Assembly: GCA_044344255.1 (NCBI GenBank)
Contig: JBIJDH010000010.1
Coordinates: 64,001-128,000 of the forward strand
Reading direction: 5' to 3'
Length of the DNA stretch: 64,000 bases
Source: Myxococcota bacterium
GTDB taxonomy: Bacteria > Myxococcota_A > UBA796 > UBA2385
Part shown: positions 13,369 to 22,536 of the stretch, in pieces
Layout of the letters: every line of letters begins with the position of its first letter
Position numbering within the stretch: position 1 is the stretch's first letter
The notes under the pieces: generated by a model
Seen by the model: only the letters and a program-made list of their open reading frames with translations
Database searches by the model: none
What the model was told of the DNA's origin: nothing
Translations under genes and position numbers: made by a program

Positions 13369-14753
13369 CAATGCAAGGGATCCTCCGCTCCGCCGTCGAT
13401 GGGCGCATCGGCTACGCCTCCATCAACGCCTACGGCTGCCACGATCGGCCGGTCGAGCACATCGCTCCCCTCGGCTCCTGCACGGCCTCCACCCCGACGC
13501 TTCAAGGCTGGGAGGCCGCAGAGAAGCTCTGGGAGTCGCTGCGCGAGACCAGCCCCTGGGCCGCCGCCCAAGGGCTGCGAGACCGCCTCGCCACGACCTG
13601 GCGCCTCCCCGCGCAGTCGAGCGTGGTGCTCATGCCCTCAGGCACCGACACCGCCCTCCTCGCCCTGGCCCTCGCCCAAGACGCGCTCGGCCGGCCCGTC
13701 ACCAGCCTGATGACCTGCGGAGGCGAGGTCGGGAGCGGCACAGCGCTCGCCGCCTCCGGTCGACACTTCTCTCGCTGGCCCCCCCTCGGCCCCAGCCTCC
13801 CCGCCGGGAGCCCGATCAACGGCCTCCTCCCGGCCGAGGTCCAGGTCGTGCCGGCCCGCGACGCCACCGGGGAGCCCCTGTCCGACGCGGCCTTCCACGA
13901 GGCCGTCGATCACCACCGGGCGGTCGCACGACAGAAGGGCCACGCGCTGCTCCTCCACCACGTCCCCTGCTCGAAGACAGGCCTCGCGGCGCCCGAGCCG
14001 GCGCGCTGGCCGGCCAGCGATGGCCTGGTGCTCGTAGACGCCGCCCAGGGCCGCTGCTCCCCGGCCCAGCTCGGGGAGTGGCTGCGCCGCGGCTGGATGG
14101 TGTCCCTCACGGGATCGAAGTTCTTCGAGGCGCCGCCCTTCTGCGGGGCGCTGATCCTGCCCCTCGGGCTCACCGCCACCCGCCCCCTCCCGCCCGGCCT
14201 CAACGCCTACCTCACCGGAGCCGACCTCCCTCGCCGCTGGCCCACCCTGCCCGGCGAGGCCGCCAACCCCGGCCTGCTCCTCCGCTGGGCCGCCGGGCTC
14301 CAAGGTATGGAGGCCTTCCACGCCGAGCCCGAAGAGGGCATCTCCGCCGCCCTGCTCGCCGTGAATCGCCTGGTCGAGCAGGTCTTCACCGGCTCGATCG
14401 CGCACCTCCTGCCCACCCCGCACCGCGCCGGGCCGGCGCCCATCGATCGGCTGCCCTCCTTCTTCAACATCGAGCTGCCCGAGCTCCACGGCGAAGCGGG
14501 CGAGGCCCGCGCGCTGTGGCGCGTCCTCCGCGAGCGCCGCCCCGGCTGGCACATCGGTCAGCCCGTCTCCCTCGGCCACTCGGGGCGGATCGTCCTCCGT
14601 GTCGCGCCGGGGGCCTCCACCTACCGCACCATCTCGAACGAGCTCCGGCAGAGCAGCACGAGCCCGGCCCTCGACCGCCTCGAGGCGCAGCTCCTGGGCC
14701 TCCACGCGACCTTGGAGTCCCTGTGCAAAGCCGACCGCCCCCGGAGCGCCTGA
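13365..14753 (+). CDS. PLP-dependent fold-type-I (class V aminotransferase-like) protein
   Basis: PSGTD, LVDAAQGR and TGSKFF (putative PLP-binding Lys) followed by PPFCGALILP. Confidence 0.7.
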   Translation: MTMQGILRSAVDGRIGYASINAYGCHDRPVEHIAPLGSCTASTPTLQGWEAAEKLWESLRETSPWAAAQGLRDRLATTWRLPAQSSVVLMPSGTDTALLALALAQDALGRPVTSLMTCGGEVGSGTALAASGRHFSRWPPLGPSLPAGSPINGLLPAEVQVVPARDATGEPLSDAAFHEAVDHHRAVARQKGHALLLHHVPCSKTGLAAPEPARWPASDGLVLVDAAQGRCSPAQLGEWLRRGWMVSLTGSKFFEAPPFCGALILPLGLTATRPLPPGLNAYLTGADLPRRWPTLPGEAANPGLLLRWAAGLQGMEAFHAEPEEGISAALLAVNRLVEQVFTGSIAHLLPTPHRAGPAPIDRLPSFFNIELPELHGEAGEARALWRVLRERRPGWHIGQPVSLGHSGRIVLRVAPGASTYRTISNELRQSSTSPALDRLEAQLLGLHATLESLCKADRPRSA

Positions 14754-15976
14754 GCCCGGCCGCGCTCTCCGCGCTCTCCCGCAGGGTGATCGCCGCCGGC
14801 GGCCTGCCCGAGGGCGCGGTGATGGTGCACGATCTCGACTTTCTGCAGGCGCGCCTCGCCCGCCTCCAGGGGCTGCTCCCGAGCGCCCTCCACGCCGTGG
14901 CCGTGAAGGCCAACCCCGTCGTCGCCCTGCTCGAGGGCCTCGTGGCGGCCGGCGCCGGCCTCGAGACCGCCTCGACCGGGGAGCTTGCGGTGGCGGCGGC
15001 GGCGGGCTGCCCGCCGGAGCGCGTGGTCTTTGACTCGCCCGCCAAGACCCCGCGCGACCTCCGCGCCGCCATCGACGCCGGCCTCCGCCTCAACGCCGAC
15101 AACCTCGAGGAGGTCACGCGCCTCGCCGCGCTGTCACCCTCGGGCCGCGTCGGCCTCCGCGTGAACCCCGAGGTGGGCGCCGGGAGCATCGCCGCCACCA
15201 GCGTCGCCGGGCCGCGGGCGCGCTTCGGCGTGCCCCTGTCCGCCGAGGGCGCCATCACCGAGGCCTTCCGACAGCACCCCTTCCTCGACGGCCTCCACGT
15301 CCACACCGGCTCCCAGGGGATGCCGCTGGACCTGGTGCTCGAGGGGGTGAAGCGGGTCCTCGCCCTCCGCCAGCGCCTCGAGGCCGCGCTCGGCCGCGCC
15401 ATCCCCACGGTCGACGTGGGCGGCGGCGTGCCCGTCGCCTACACCGGGGACCACCCCGCCTGGTCCGTCGAGGAATGGGCCGATGGCCTCCGCAGCGCCG
15501 GCGCCACCGCCGTCCCCGAGCTCATCACCGAGCTCGGCCGCTGGGTGCAGGCGCCCGCCGGCTTCGCCCTCAGTCGGGTCGAGTACCTCCGCAGCGTGAA
15601 CGGGCGCACCATCGCGACGCTGCACGTCGGCGCCGACCTCCTGCTGCGCCGCGCCTACGTGCCCGCGCAGTGGCCGGTCGAGGTGGTGGCCCTCGACGAG
15701 GCGGGGGGGCTGCTCGAGGGGGAGCTTGAGCCCGTCGACCTCGTCGGCCCGCTCTGCTTCGCCGGCGACGTGATCGGCGAGGCGGTGACGCTCCCCCGCC
15801 TCCGCCCGGGCTGCGTCGTCGCCCTCCGTGAGGTCGGGGCCTACACCCTCTCGATGTGGTCGCGCCACTGCAGCCGGCCGATGCCGGGAGTGGTCGGGGT
15901 GCGGGGCGAAGAGGTGCTCACCCTGCTCGCCGCCGAGTCGCCCGCCGATGTGGCAGCGCTCTGGTCTCGGCGCTGA
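14723..15976 (+). CDS. Diaminopimelate decarboxylase-family (fold III PLP) decarboxylase
   Basis: AVKANP (PLP Lys), ETASTGEL, FDSPAKT, GLHVHTGSQ, DVGGG, ELGR and GPLCFAGD. A GTG start at 14723 after GGAG is assumed. Confidence 0.85.
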   Translation: MQSRPPPERLSPAALSALSRRVIAAGGLPEGAVMVHDLDFLQARLARLQGLLPSALHAVAVKANPVVALLEGLVAAGAGLETASTGELAVAAAAGCPPERVVFDSPAKTPRDLRAAIDAGLRLNADNLEEVTRLAALSPSGRVGLRVNPEVGAGSIAATSVAGPRARFGVPLSAEGAITEAFRQHPFLDGLHVHTGSQGMPLDLVLEGVKRVLALRQRLEAALGRAIPTVDVGGGVPVAYTGDHPAWSVEEWADGLRSAGATAVPELITELGRWVQAPAGFALSRVEYLRSVNGRTIATLHVGADLLLRRAYVPAQWPVEVVALDEAGGLLEGELEPVDLVGPLCFAGDVIGEAVTLPRLRPGCVVALREVGAYTLSMWSRHCSRPMPGVVGVRGEEVLTLLAAESPADVAALWSRR

Positions 15977-16044
15977 GGCGACCGCGAGGGCGTTAGAGCC
16001 GCACCTCGCCCGCCCGCCTCCCGCGGGCCCAGCCGGAGCCTGCC

Positions 16045-18396
16045 GTGAGCACGATGGACTACGAGAAGCTCGGTGTCTTCTACCTCGGACGCCCGGTTGA
16101 CCCTGTCACCGGCGCCGTGCGGCCCGAGCCCCTGCTGCTCGCCTCGCGGGACCTCTGCACCCACGCGGTCTGCGTGGGGATGACGGGCAGCGGCAAGACC
16201 GGGCTCTCGGTGGCCCTGCTCGAAGAGGCAGCGATCGACGGCATCCCCGCCATCGTCATCGACCCCAAGGGAGACCTCGGCAACCTCGCGCTCACCTTCC
16301 CCGCCCTCGACGCCGCCTCCTTCGGCCCCTGGGTCGACCCCGACGAGGCGGCGCGGCAGGGACTCGAGCCCGAGGCCTGGGCGGCGAAGGTGGCGGCGAG
16401 CTGGAGGGCCGGCCTCGCCGAGAGCGACCAGACCGCGGCCCGCGTGCAGCGCCTGCGCGAGGCCTGTGAGGTGTCGATCTACACCCCCGGCAGCCGCGTG
16501 GGCCGGCCGCTGGCGATGCTGCGCTCGCTCGTCGCCCCGCCTCCTGGTCTGGACGAGGAGGTGCTCCAGGAGCGTGTCCTCACCGCGGTCTCCGGCCTGC
16601 TCGGCCTGCTCGGCAGTGAGGCCGATCCCTTGACCAGCCGCGAGCACATCCTGCTCTCCCGCCTCGTCCACGCCGCCTGGGCCGAGGGCCAGGACCTCGA
16701 CCTCGCCGCGCTGATCGGCGGCATCCAGAAGCCCCCCTTCAGCCGCCTCGGCGTCCTGGAGCTCGAGTCCTTCTACCCCGCGAAGGAGCGCTTCACCCTC
16801 GCGATGTCGCTCAACAACCTCCTCGCCTCCCCCGGCGCCGCCGCTTGGACCGAGGGAGAGCCCCTCGACGTCGCGCGGCTGCTGCACAGCCCCGCCGGCA
16901 AGCCGCGCATCTCGATCCTCTCGATCAGCCACCTCTCCGACGCCCAGCGCATGTTCGTCGTCTCGACGCTGCTCGGCGAGCTCGTGGCCTGGATGCGGCA
17001 GCAGCGCGGCACCAGCAGCCTCCGCGCCCTGCTCTTCATGGACGAGATCCAGGGCTACTTCCCGCCCACCGCCAACCCGCCCAGCAAGCCGCCGATGCTC
17101 ACCCTGCTCAAGCAGGCGCGCGCCTTCGGCCTCGGCGTGGTGCTGGCCACGCAGAACCCGGTCGATCTCGACTACAAGGGGCTGTCGAACTGCGGGATCT
17201 GGCTCATCGGCCGCCTCCAGACCGAGCGCGACCGCGCCCGCCTCACCGACGGCCTCTCCGCGGCGGGGGGCCCAGACAAGGCCACCCTGGACCGCCTGCT
17301 CTCCGCCACCGGCAAGCAGGTCTTCCTGCTCCACGACGTGCACCGCGCCGGGCCCGAGCTCTTCCGCACCCGCTGGACCCTCTCCTACCTGCGCGGCCCC
17401 CTCGGCCGCGAGCAGGTGCGGGCCCTCACCGCCGCAGAGGGCGCGCCCTCGACCGGCGGCCTCGCCAAGGCCCGCGCCGCGGCCCCCTCGACCCGCGAGC
17501 GGGGAGGGGCGACCGGCGCCCGGCCCGTGCTGCCCCCCGGGCTCGAGGAGCGCTTCCTCCAGGGAGACACGGAGGGCGGGGCCTACCACCCCGCGGTCTT
17601 CGCCTCCGTGAAGGTGCACTACGCCTCGGCGAAGGCCGGGGTGGACCACTGGGAGGCGCTCTCCCTCGCCGCCCCCTTCACAGACGACGGCGCCGCCCCC
17701 GACTGGGCCGCCGCCGAGGCCCTCTCCGCCGAGCGCCTGCTCCCCGCGCCCGAGGGCACGCTCCCCTTCGGTGAGCTGCCCCCCGCCGCCACCCAGAAGA
17801 CGGCCGGCGCCGCCTGGAGCAAGTCGCTCGCGGCCCACCTCTACCAAGAGCGGCCGCTCTGCCTCTATCAGTCGGTCGAACCTCGGCTCCTGTCCCGCCC
17901 AGGCGAGACCGCCGGAGACTTTCAGGCCCGCCTCTCCCTCGTGACCCGCGAGGCCCGCGACGCGCTGGCCGACCGCCTCCGCGACAAGGCCACGACGAAG
18001 CTCTCAGCGCTCGACGCCCGCCGCGCCCGCGCCGAGGCCAAGGTGGCGAAGGAGGAGTCCCAGGCCGACGCCGCCGTGCTCCACACCGCCGTGAGCTTCG
18101 GCTCCACGCTGCTCGGCGCCCTCTTCGGCCGAAAGACCTTCTCGAGCGGCAACCTCTCCAAGGCCGCCTCCACGGTGAAGTCCGCCGGCCGGGCCAATGA
18201 GCAGCGCTCCGACGTCGAGCGCGCCCGGGCCGAGCTCCTGGAGGTCGAGCAGGAGCGGGCGGCCCTCGAGGCCGAGCTCGAGGCCGAGATCGCCGCCCTC
18301 CCGAGCGCGCCGCCGGTGGTCACCGAGCTCAAGGTGGCCCCGAAGAAGGCCGACACGACGGTGGAGCGCGTCTACCTGCTCTGGCGGCCCGCCTAG
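16045..18396 (+). CDS. HerA/FtsK-superfamily ATPase with C-terminal coiled coil
   Basis: Walker A GMTGSGKT, IDPKGDL, Walker B LFMDE, and KQARAFGLGVVLATQNPVDLDYK. Confidence 0.85.
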   Translation: MSTMDYEKLGVFYLGRPVDPVTGAVRPEPLLLASRDLCTHAVCVGMTGSGKTGLSVALLEEAAIDGIPAIVIDPKGDLGNLALTFPALDAASFGPWVDPDEAARQGLEPEAWAAKVAASWRAGLAESDQTAARVQRLREACEVSIYTPGSRVGRPLAMLRSLVAPPPGLDEEVLQERVLTAVSGLLGLLGSEADPLTSREHILLSRLVHAAWAEGQDLDLAALIGGIQKPPFSRLGVLELESFYPAKERFTLAMSLNNLLASPGAAAWTEGEPLDVARLLHSPAGKPRISILSISHLSDAQRMFVVSTLLGELVAWMRQQRGTSSLRALLFMDEIQGYFPPTANPPSKPPMLTLLKQARAFGLGVVLATQNPVDLDYKGLSNCGIWLIGRLQTERDRARLTDGLSAAGGPDKATLDRLLSATGKQVFLLHDVHRAGPELFRTRWTLSYLRGPLGREQVRALTAAEGAPSTGGLAKARAAAPSTRERGGATGARPVLPPGLEERFLQGDTEGGAYHPAVFASVKVHYASAKAGVDHWEALSLAAPFTDDGAAPDWAAAEALSAERLLPAPEGTLPFGELPPAATQKTAGAAWSKSLAAHLYQERPLCLYQSVEPRLLSRPGETAGDFQARLSLVTREARDALADRLRDKATTKLSALDARRARAEAKVAKEESQADAAVLHTAVSFGSTLLGALFGRKTFSSGNLSKAASTVKSAGRANEQRSDVERARAELLEVEQERAALEAELEAEIAALPSAPPVVTELKVAPKKADTTVERVYLLWRPA

Positions 18397-18412
18397 GCCG
18401 ACGGGCGCTCGC

Positions 18413-19966
18413 TCAGCCGTGCCCCGCCCCCTCCTGTCGCGCCCCGACGAGGGGGGCGAGGGCGCAGACCCCGGCGGCGAGCAGATAGCCGAGGGCCAGC
18501 CTGGGCGCGGCGCCGAGCCCGATGTCGAGCGCCGTGTCGATCGGCGCGCCGTCGGGCGACCAGCGCCAGCCGTGCATCACGCCGAGGTAGGACAGCCCCG
18601 CCGCCACCAGGAACCACACGGCCGCCCGCCGAAATTGCCCCTCGATGATCGAGACGGTCGCCCCGGCGAGCAGCATGGCGGTGAAGATGAAGCCCTGCTC
18701 GAGGCTGAAGAGGCCGTCGGGCGGGAGGTCGGCCAGCGCGAGCTTCTCCCCCCAGGCCGGCCCGCTCGTCACCCCGGCGGCGCGGCCGGCGCTCTTCACG
18801 AGCAAGGCGCCCCAGGCGGCCACCCCCGGCAGGAGGCCGATGACCACGGCGGGGGCGTGCCGGTGCGGGGTGGCCTGAAAGGCCTGGGCGGTGATGACGA
18901 TGCCGATCCAGATCACGATCGCCATGCCCGCCTCGATCGGCACCGCCCAGGAGATCCAGCCGAGCGTGCCCGTGAGGCAGACCACCGTGACGAAGAGCCC
19001 GTTCAACCAGGAGTAGCCCACCCGAGCGCCGAGGGCCTTCCACCCGGGGTGGCCGATGTAGATCGTGGTCGGGAAGCAGGAGCCGAAGAGGGCGGCCGCG
19101 AAGCCGCCGAGGCCGTTGGCCGCCAGCGAGGGCATCGTGGCGAAGCGGTCGCCGGCCGCCTCGGCGCTCTCGAGGTTCTGGAGCGAGCCCACCACGTTGA
19201 AGAGGCCCATCGGCACGATGACGGCGAGGTACTGGAGCAGGAAGCCGCTCTGGAGGCCGGCGAGCAGGTCGCCCACCACGGGCACCGGGAGGTGCAGGGC
19301 CGCGGCGGCGGGCGGCGTGGCCCCGGGAGAGAGGCCCGTGGCCCAGCTGATCGCGGTGCCGAGCGCGATGGCGACGAGGCCGCCCGGCACCCCGCCCTTG
19401 AAGCGGAAGTTGCCGAAGTAGACGAGGGAGACCACGGCGAAGGAGGCGAGCCCCACGGCCGGGTGGGCGAAGGTACGAAAGAAGAAGCCGAGCGAGATGA
19501 AGCTGAGCGCGATGCCGGCGAGCGTGCTGAGCAGGGCCGCGCGGGGCACGAGCCGCCGCAGCCGCTCGGCCACGAAGGCCCCGCCGAGCTCGATGAGGGC
19601 GCTCCCGAGGCAGGCCACGAGCCCCGCCTGCCAGGCGGCCTCGGCGCTCCCCGTCTGCAGCTTCACCGGCAGCATCACGAGGAAGACATACGCGAAGACG
19701 CTCGGCGTGTTGATGCCGTAGGGCAGCGCGCAGACGTCGTCGCGGCCGGTCTCTCGGGCGAGCTTCATCGCCTGCCAGGAGTAGAAGAGGTTGCCGGCGA
19801 GGATGCTCACCGCCGCGCCCGGCAGCACCCGCCCATAGAGCAGCTCGTCCGGAAACCCGAGGACGTAGCGACACAGCGCGTCGATCACCAGGAGCTGGAC
19901 AAGGTTGTCGAGGGCGAGGCCGAAGAAGCCGTCGAGATCACCACGCACGAACCATCGGGCTTGCAT
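18413..19966 (-). CDS. NCS2-family (AzgA-like) nucleobase permease
   Basis: About 12-14 hydrophobic segments; [32 protein letters not shown]. Confidence 0.85.
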   Translation of the reverse strand: MQARWFVRGDLDGFFGLALDNLVQLLVIDALCRYVLGFPDELLYGRVLPGAAVSILAGNLFYSWQAMKLARETGRDDVCALPYGINTPSVFAYVFLVMLPVKLQTGSAEAAWQAGLVACLGSALIELGGAFVAERLRRLVPRAALLSTLAGIALSFISLGFFFRTFAHPAVGLASFAVVSLVYFGNFRFKGGVPGGLVAIALGTAISWATGLSPGATPPAAAALHLPVPVVGDLLAGLQSGFLLQYLAVIVPMGLFNVVGSLQNLESAEAAGDRFATMPSLAANGLGGFAAALFGSCFPTTIYIGHPGWKALGARVGYSWLNGLFVTVVCLTGTLGWISWAVPIEAGMAIVIWIGIVITAQAFQATPHRHAPAVVIGLLPGVAAWGALLVKSAGRAAGVTSGPAWGEKLALADLPPDGLFSLEQGFIFTAMLLAGATVSIIEGQFRRAAVWFLVAAGLSYLGVMHGWRWSPDGAPIDTALDIGLGAAPRLALGYLLAAGVCALAPLVGARQEGAGHG

Positions 19967-20039
19967 CGACGCGCTCCCCCCAAGAGACCGAGAGGGCCGA
20001 CTCTACCCGAGCCGCGGAGGCGGTTGGAACCATCTGATC

Positions 20040-20228
20040 GCCCTTCGGGGCCATCGTTTCGCCCTTCGGGGCCATCGCATCGCCCTTCGGGGCCATCGCA
20101 TCGCCCTTCGGGGCCATCCCACCGCCCTTCGGGGCCATCGCACTGCCCTTCGGGGCCATCGCACTGCCCTTCGGGGCCATCCCACCGCCCTTTGGGGCCA
20201 TCGTTTCGCCCTTCGGGGCCATCTCCCT
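20040..20228. repeat. Tandem array of nine 21-bp units (GCCCTTCGGGGCCATC plus 5 variable nt)
   Basis: Counted directly. Each unit contains a GCCC-loop-GGGC hairpin; the loop is TTCG in eight units and TTTG in unit 8. Confidence 0.95.
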
Positions 20229-20270
20229 CCTGGGGATTGCCCGGCGGCCTCCGCCATGCGAGACCGGAGC

Positions 20271-20819
20271 ATGACCACCCACATCGCCCTCCTCCGCGCC
20301 GTCAACGTCGGGGGGACCGGCAAGCTGCCGATGGCCGCGCTCCGGGAGGCCTGCACCGAGGCGGGCCTCGCGCGGGTCAGCACCTACATCGCGAGCGGCA
20401 ACCTCCTCTTCGAGAGCCCGCTCTCGGCCCAGGCCGCCGCCGCCCTCGTGACGGGCATCCTCCGCGAGCGCTTCGGCCTCCTGAAGAACGAGGTGATCCT
20501 CCGCTCCCTGGCCGAGCTCGAGGCCGTGGTGGCCAACAACCCCCTGCCCGAGGTGGCCCTGGCGCGGCCCAAGCTCTATTACGCGAGCTTCCTCCTCGGT
20601 CCGCCCCGCCCCGACGCCGCGAGCTTGCTCGCCGCCTGGCCCGGCCCCGAGCGCATCCTGCTCGGAGACGGCTGCGCCTACATCGACTACCCCGAGGGGG
20701 CCGGCACCTCGAAGCTCACGCCCAGCGCCCTCGAGCGCATGCTGGGCACGCCCTCCACGGCGCGCAACTGGAACACCGTCACGACGCTGCTCCGCCTCGG
20801 ACGGGAGGTCCAACCCTGA
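20271..20819 (+). CDS. DUF1697-family protein
   Basis: IALLRAVNVGG, TYIASGNLLF and TARNWNTV; GGAG RBS. Confidence 0.88.
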   Translation: MTTHIALLRAVNVGGTGKLPMAALREACTEAGLARVSTYIASGNLLFESPLSAQAAAALVTGILRERFGLLKNEVILRSLAELEAVVANNPLPEVALARPKLYYASFLLGPPRPDAASLLAAWPGPERILLGDGCAYIDYPEGAGTSKLTPSALERMLGTPSTARNWNTVTTLLRLGREVQP

Positions 20820-20883
20820 AGGACAGGGCGCGGCGAGGCCGGCGGCGGTCCGGGTGAAGCGCGGCTCCAGGCGCCGATCGCCC

Positions 20884-22443
20884 TCAGCAGCCGATGACCT
20901 GAACCACCCTCCCCTCCACCTCGACCTTCCGCTGGAAGATGCGCTCGGACCAGGGAGCGGTGCTGCGGAGGTCGAAGAGGATGAGCCAGCCTTCGTCGAG
21001 GCCCGACGTGTCGAGGTAACCAGCCAGTTGGAGGAGCCCCTCCTCCTCCGTCTCCGTGTCCCGGCGGAGCTTGAGCTCGATCGCGTGCCGCTCCCCCTTC
21101 CAGGTGACGAGGAGGTCGAGGGCGCCGCGGCCGAGGCCATATTCGCGGTCGATACGACCGCCCCCGTTCACCAGGCGCTGGAGGAAGGCCATCATCAAGA
21201 GGTGGGGGCCGGACTCCCGGTAGTGAAAGCCCTCGGCGGCGAGGTGGCCGTCCTTTCGCCAGAACTGCTGGAAGGCCGTCATCAGCACGCCCATGTCCAG
21301 GCTGCCGTCGGGGCGGATGTAGCGGGCGGTGGTGGGCGGCAGCGTCACCTGGATGGCCCAGTTGAGCACCCGCGGGATCACCTCCCGGTAGATGGGGTTC
21401 GCGATCTCCACGCCGCTCCCTCGGCGCACGAGGAGGCCGAGGCCGAGGAGGTACTGGAGATCGTCATCGAGGAGGTCTGTGTTGGGTCGCTCGCCCGCGA
21501 TCATGGGGTCGAGCACGCGGCGGACGCGGTCTTCATGCAGGCGGGCGACGAGGGAGTCGATGTGGGAGCGCCGCTCCTGGATAAGGGTCTCCCTCGCGGC
21601 CTCTACATGTTCCACGGTGACGGGGAGACCGCGGTCGCGGAGGTCCGAGCCGACGATCTGGTCGGCGAGGGCGTTGGTGAGCCAGGGGTGGCCACAGCCG
21701 AGGGCGTAGATGCGGGCCACGGCATCGGGTTCGAAGGGCTGACCGGTGGCCGTTGTGTGCTGGGCGAGCAGCTCGGCCACCTCGGCCTCGGTGAAGGGGA
21801 CGAGGGTGGTGGCCTCGGCGGTGATGTTGAAGGGGGAGGCGGTGCCGAGCCAGGAGAGGGTCCGGCGGTCCTCCTGGCGGAGGGTGTAGTCCCGAACCTG
21901 CCGCTGACCGATCAGGACGATGCTCGCGGGAAACGGGCTCTCGGCGCGACCGATGTAGCCCTCCCGGAGCTGCGTCAGGAAGGAGACCATCGCCGTCCCG
22001 ACCAGCCCGTCGGCCTCGTCGAGGAAGAGGAGCAGCGGTGGCCCTGGCGTCTCGGCGAGCCGCCGAAGGTAGCCGTGAATCGCCCGTGACGGATCGTCGA
22101 GCAGCTCCTCCACCTCCATCTTGGAGGGGAGGGTGAGCGCGGGAAGGTAGATGGTGAGCGCGTGCTGGAAGGCCCCGAGCACCGTGCGGAAGGCGGGGGC
22201 CGGATCGGGCTGCTCTCGGGCAGACTGCAGGTCGACCCACACCGCCCGGAAGCGCCCGCTCGCGTTGTAGTGGCGCATCATCCACCGCGCCGAGGTGGTC
22301 TTGCCCACCTGCCGCCCGGCGTGGAGCGTGAAGTAGCGGTGGTCCTCCACGAGCTCCATGACGCGGCCGAGCCGGCGCTCGGGGGGGAGCATGTAGTGCT
22401 CCCCGGGGATGCAGGGGCCGGCGATGTTGAAGCCTGGGCGCAT
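20884..22443 (-). CDS. AAA-type P-loop ATPase with C-terminal PD-(D/E)XK nuclease-like domain
   Basis: FNIAGPC start, AGRQVGKTT Walker A, FLDEAD Walker B; C-terminal REYGLGRGALDLLV...IELK...QLAGYL. Confidence 0.85.
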   Translation of the reverse strand: MRPGFNIAGPCIPGEHYMLPPERRLGRVMELVEDHRYFTLHAGRQVGKTTSARWMMRHYNASGRFRAVWVDLQSAREQPDPAPAFRTVLGAFQHALTIYLPALTLPSKMEVEELLDDPSRAIHGYLRRLAETPGPPLLLFLDEADGLVGTAMVSFLTQLREGYIGRAESPFPASIVLIGQRQVRDYTLRQEDRRTLSWLGTASPFNITAEATTLVPFTEAEVAELLAQHTTATGQPFEPDAVARIYALGCGHPWLTNALADQIVGSDLRDRGLPVTVEHVEAARETLIQERRSHIDSLVARLHEDRVRRVLDPMIAGERPNTDLLDDDLQYLLGLGLLVRRGSGVEIANPIYREVIPRVLNWAIQVTLPPTTARYIRPDGSLDMGVLMTAFQQFWRKDGHLAAEGFHYRESGPHLLMMAFLQRLVNGGGRIDREYGLGRGALDLLVTWKGERHAIELKLRRDTETEEEGLLQLAGYLDTSGLDEGWLILFDLRSTAPWSERIFQRKVEVEGRVVQVIGC

Positions 22444-22536
22444 GGGATCCTCTCGCCCTGGCCCTAACGACACGATGGCCTGGGTGCTCCAACCCCGAGC
22501 CTCTCCCCCCGAAGGCCGCTGCCCCACGCCCTTGAC

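Noticed and set aside
12860..14722. 1038-aa ORF read as one long decarboxylase fusion
   Set aside because: The first ~620 codons are Pro/Arg-rich alternative-frame sequence over two better genes.
20040..20228. CRISPR array
   Set aside because: The linkers are only 5 nt and recur; the repeat is 16 nt; there are no cas genes in the window.
19905..20270. N-terminal (ALRGH)n extension of the DUF1697 protein, and the antisense MAPKG-repeat ORF
   Set aside because: DUF1697 similarity begins at ATG 20271, which has its own RBS. The upstream ATG overlaps the permease gene, and the stop-free repeat keeps frames open trivially.
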